A DNA stretch of 64,000 nucleotides, taken from NCBI GenBank assembly GCA_035760445.1, contig DASTSW010000014.1, forward strand, positions 27,794 to 91,793, given 5' to 3'. This document shows, in pieces, positions 63,899 to 64,000 of the stretch. The stretch's first letter is position 1, and each line of letters starts with the position of its first letter. This DNA is from Solirubrobacterales bacterium. GTDB taxonomy: Bacteria > Actinomycetota > Thermoleophilia > Solirubrobacterales > 70-9. The notes below the pieces were generated by a model. The model had not been told where the DNA came from and searched no databases. It saw nothing but the letters and a program-made list of their open reading frames with translations. A program made the position numbers and the translations under genes.

Positions 63899-64000
63899 CT
63901 AAGGCGCCTTTTTCCGGCAGCTGGTCGCGATTCGCAGATTGCCGCTCTGCACCGCGCCGTTATGGCCAGTAAAGGAAACCTTGGCCTTGCGGTCGGTCTT
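63899..64000 (-). CDS. C-terminal 33 codons of a paralogue of the 908-aa Cys-pair-module exoprotein; the gene runs off the right window edge
   Basis: The minus-strand frame ends in TAG (63901-63899). Translation KTDRKAKVSFTGHNGAVQSGNLRIATSCRKKAP aligns without gaps to TPKAKVRMTGQNGKPNNFAAKIKTSCGKGKKK (end of 12111-14837) with 13/31 identities by eye. Confidence 0.55.
   Translation of the reverse strand, partial: KTDRKAKVSFTGHNGAVQSGNLRIATSCRKKAP

Noticed and set aside
1-64000. A search by eye for CRISPR arrays, tRNA/rRNA genes, IS elements, integrases, prophage genes and long direct DNA repeats.
   Set aside because: None was recognised. The intergenic gaps are short (the longest are 308, 238 and 188 nt) and none looks like a tRNA cloverleaf or a spacer-repeat array. 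A proper tRNAscan, Rfam or repeat search could still find small elements that I cannot see by eye.

Overview
This is a 64-kb, gene-dense window from a very G+C-rich bacterial chromosome. By eye most genes are roughly 65-72 % G+C; nothing was computed. The gene content (TetR regulators with the N-terminal 'RGRHGL...QR.R' pattern, a six-gene mce cluster, MMPL, LigD, CSLREA-type beta-helix proteins) suggests a high-GC Actinomycetota lineage, possibly Thermoleophilia/Solirubrobacterales-like. That placement is inference only.

I call 56 protein-coding genes, two of them cut by the window edges, plus a few promoter, terminator and operator candidates. I recognised no rRNA, tRNA, CRISPR array, transposase or integrase.

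Layout:
- 0.2-8.5 kb: a cAMP-signalling neighbourhood. An MFS transporter fused to a cNMP-binding domain is followed by a secreted CotH kinase. Divergently, a secreted beta-helix/FecR-like protein is followed by a CHASE2 adenylate cyclase.
- 8.4-12 kb: miscellaneous genes (DUF3307, a PAP2/haloperoxidase-like protein, a small secreted protein, an M55 peptidase).
- 12.1-24.5 kb: a block containing only exported proteins and TetR-type regulators. It holds two translationally coupled giant exoproteins, four TetR genes, a lipoprotein, a small secreted protein and a TetR-TetR-wHTH fusion.
- 24.5-32.6 kb: housekeeping and stress genes (CGNR, GNAT, Nudix, MmsA, 2-hydroxyacid dehydrogenase, membrane PP2C, DUF4235, YihY, LigD).
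- 32.6-43 kb: an M1-peptidase/SGNH fusion, a Na+/H+ antiporter, ArsR-type regulators, MMPL, a duplicated-domain exoprotein and a GATase.
- 43-53 kb: a gamma-glutamylation-type amine catabolic operon, with a divergent kinase plus dimethylglycine-dehydrogenase-like gene and a GntR regulator.
- 53.1-53.8 kb: a lower-GC toxin-antitoxin pair.
- 54.9-63.9 kb: six mce genes, each junction a 4-nt overlap.

Most interesting observations:
- An uncharacterised secreted-protein family built from a repeated module with a Cys pair ('C...CP.SS.VG'). It occurs at four loci, and one copy sits directly upstream of the mce genes where yrbE permease genes would be expected.
- Cys/Lys-rich C-terminal tails on the giant exoproteins.
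- An operon made only of TetR paralogues, and a single-chain TetR-TetR-wHTH protein.
- The compact CHASE2-cyclase / cNMP-gated MFS / CotH module.

All family assignments come from reading motifs by eye. Start codons are inferred from overlaps, Shine-Dalgarno (SD) sequences and signal peptides. No database search or computation was possible.
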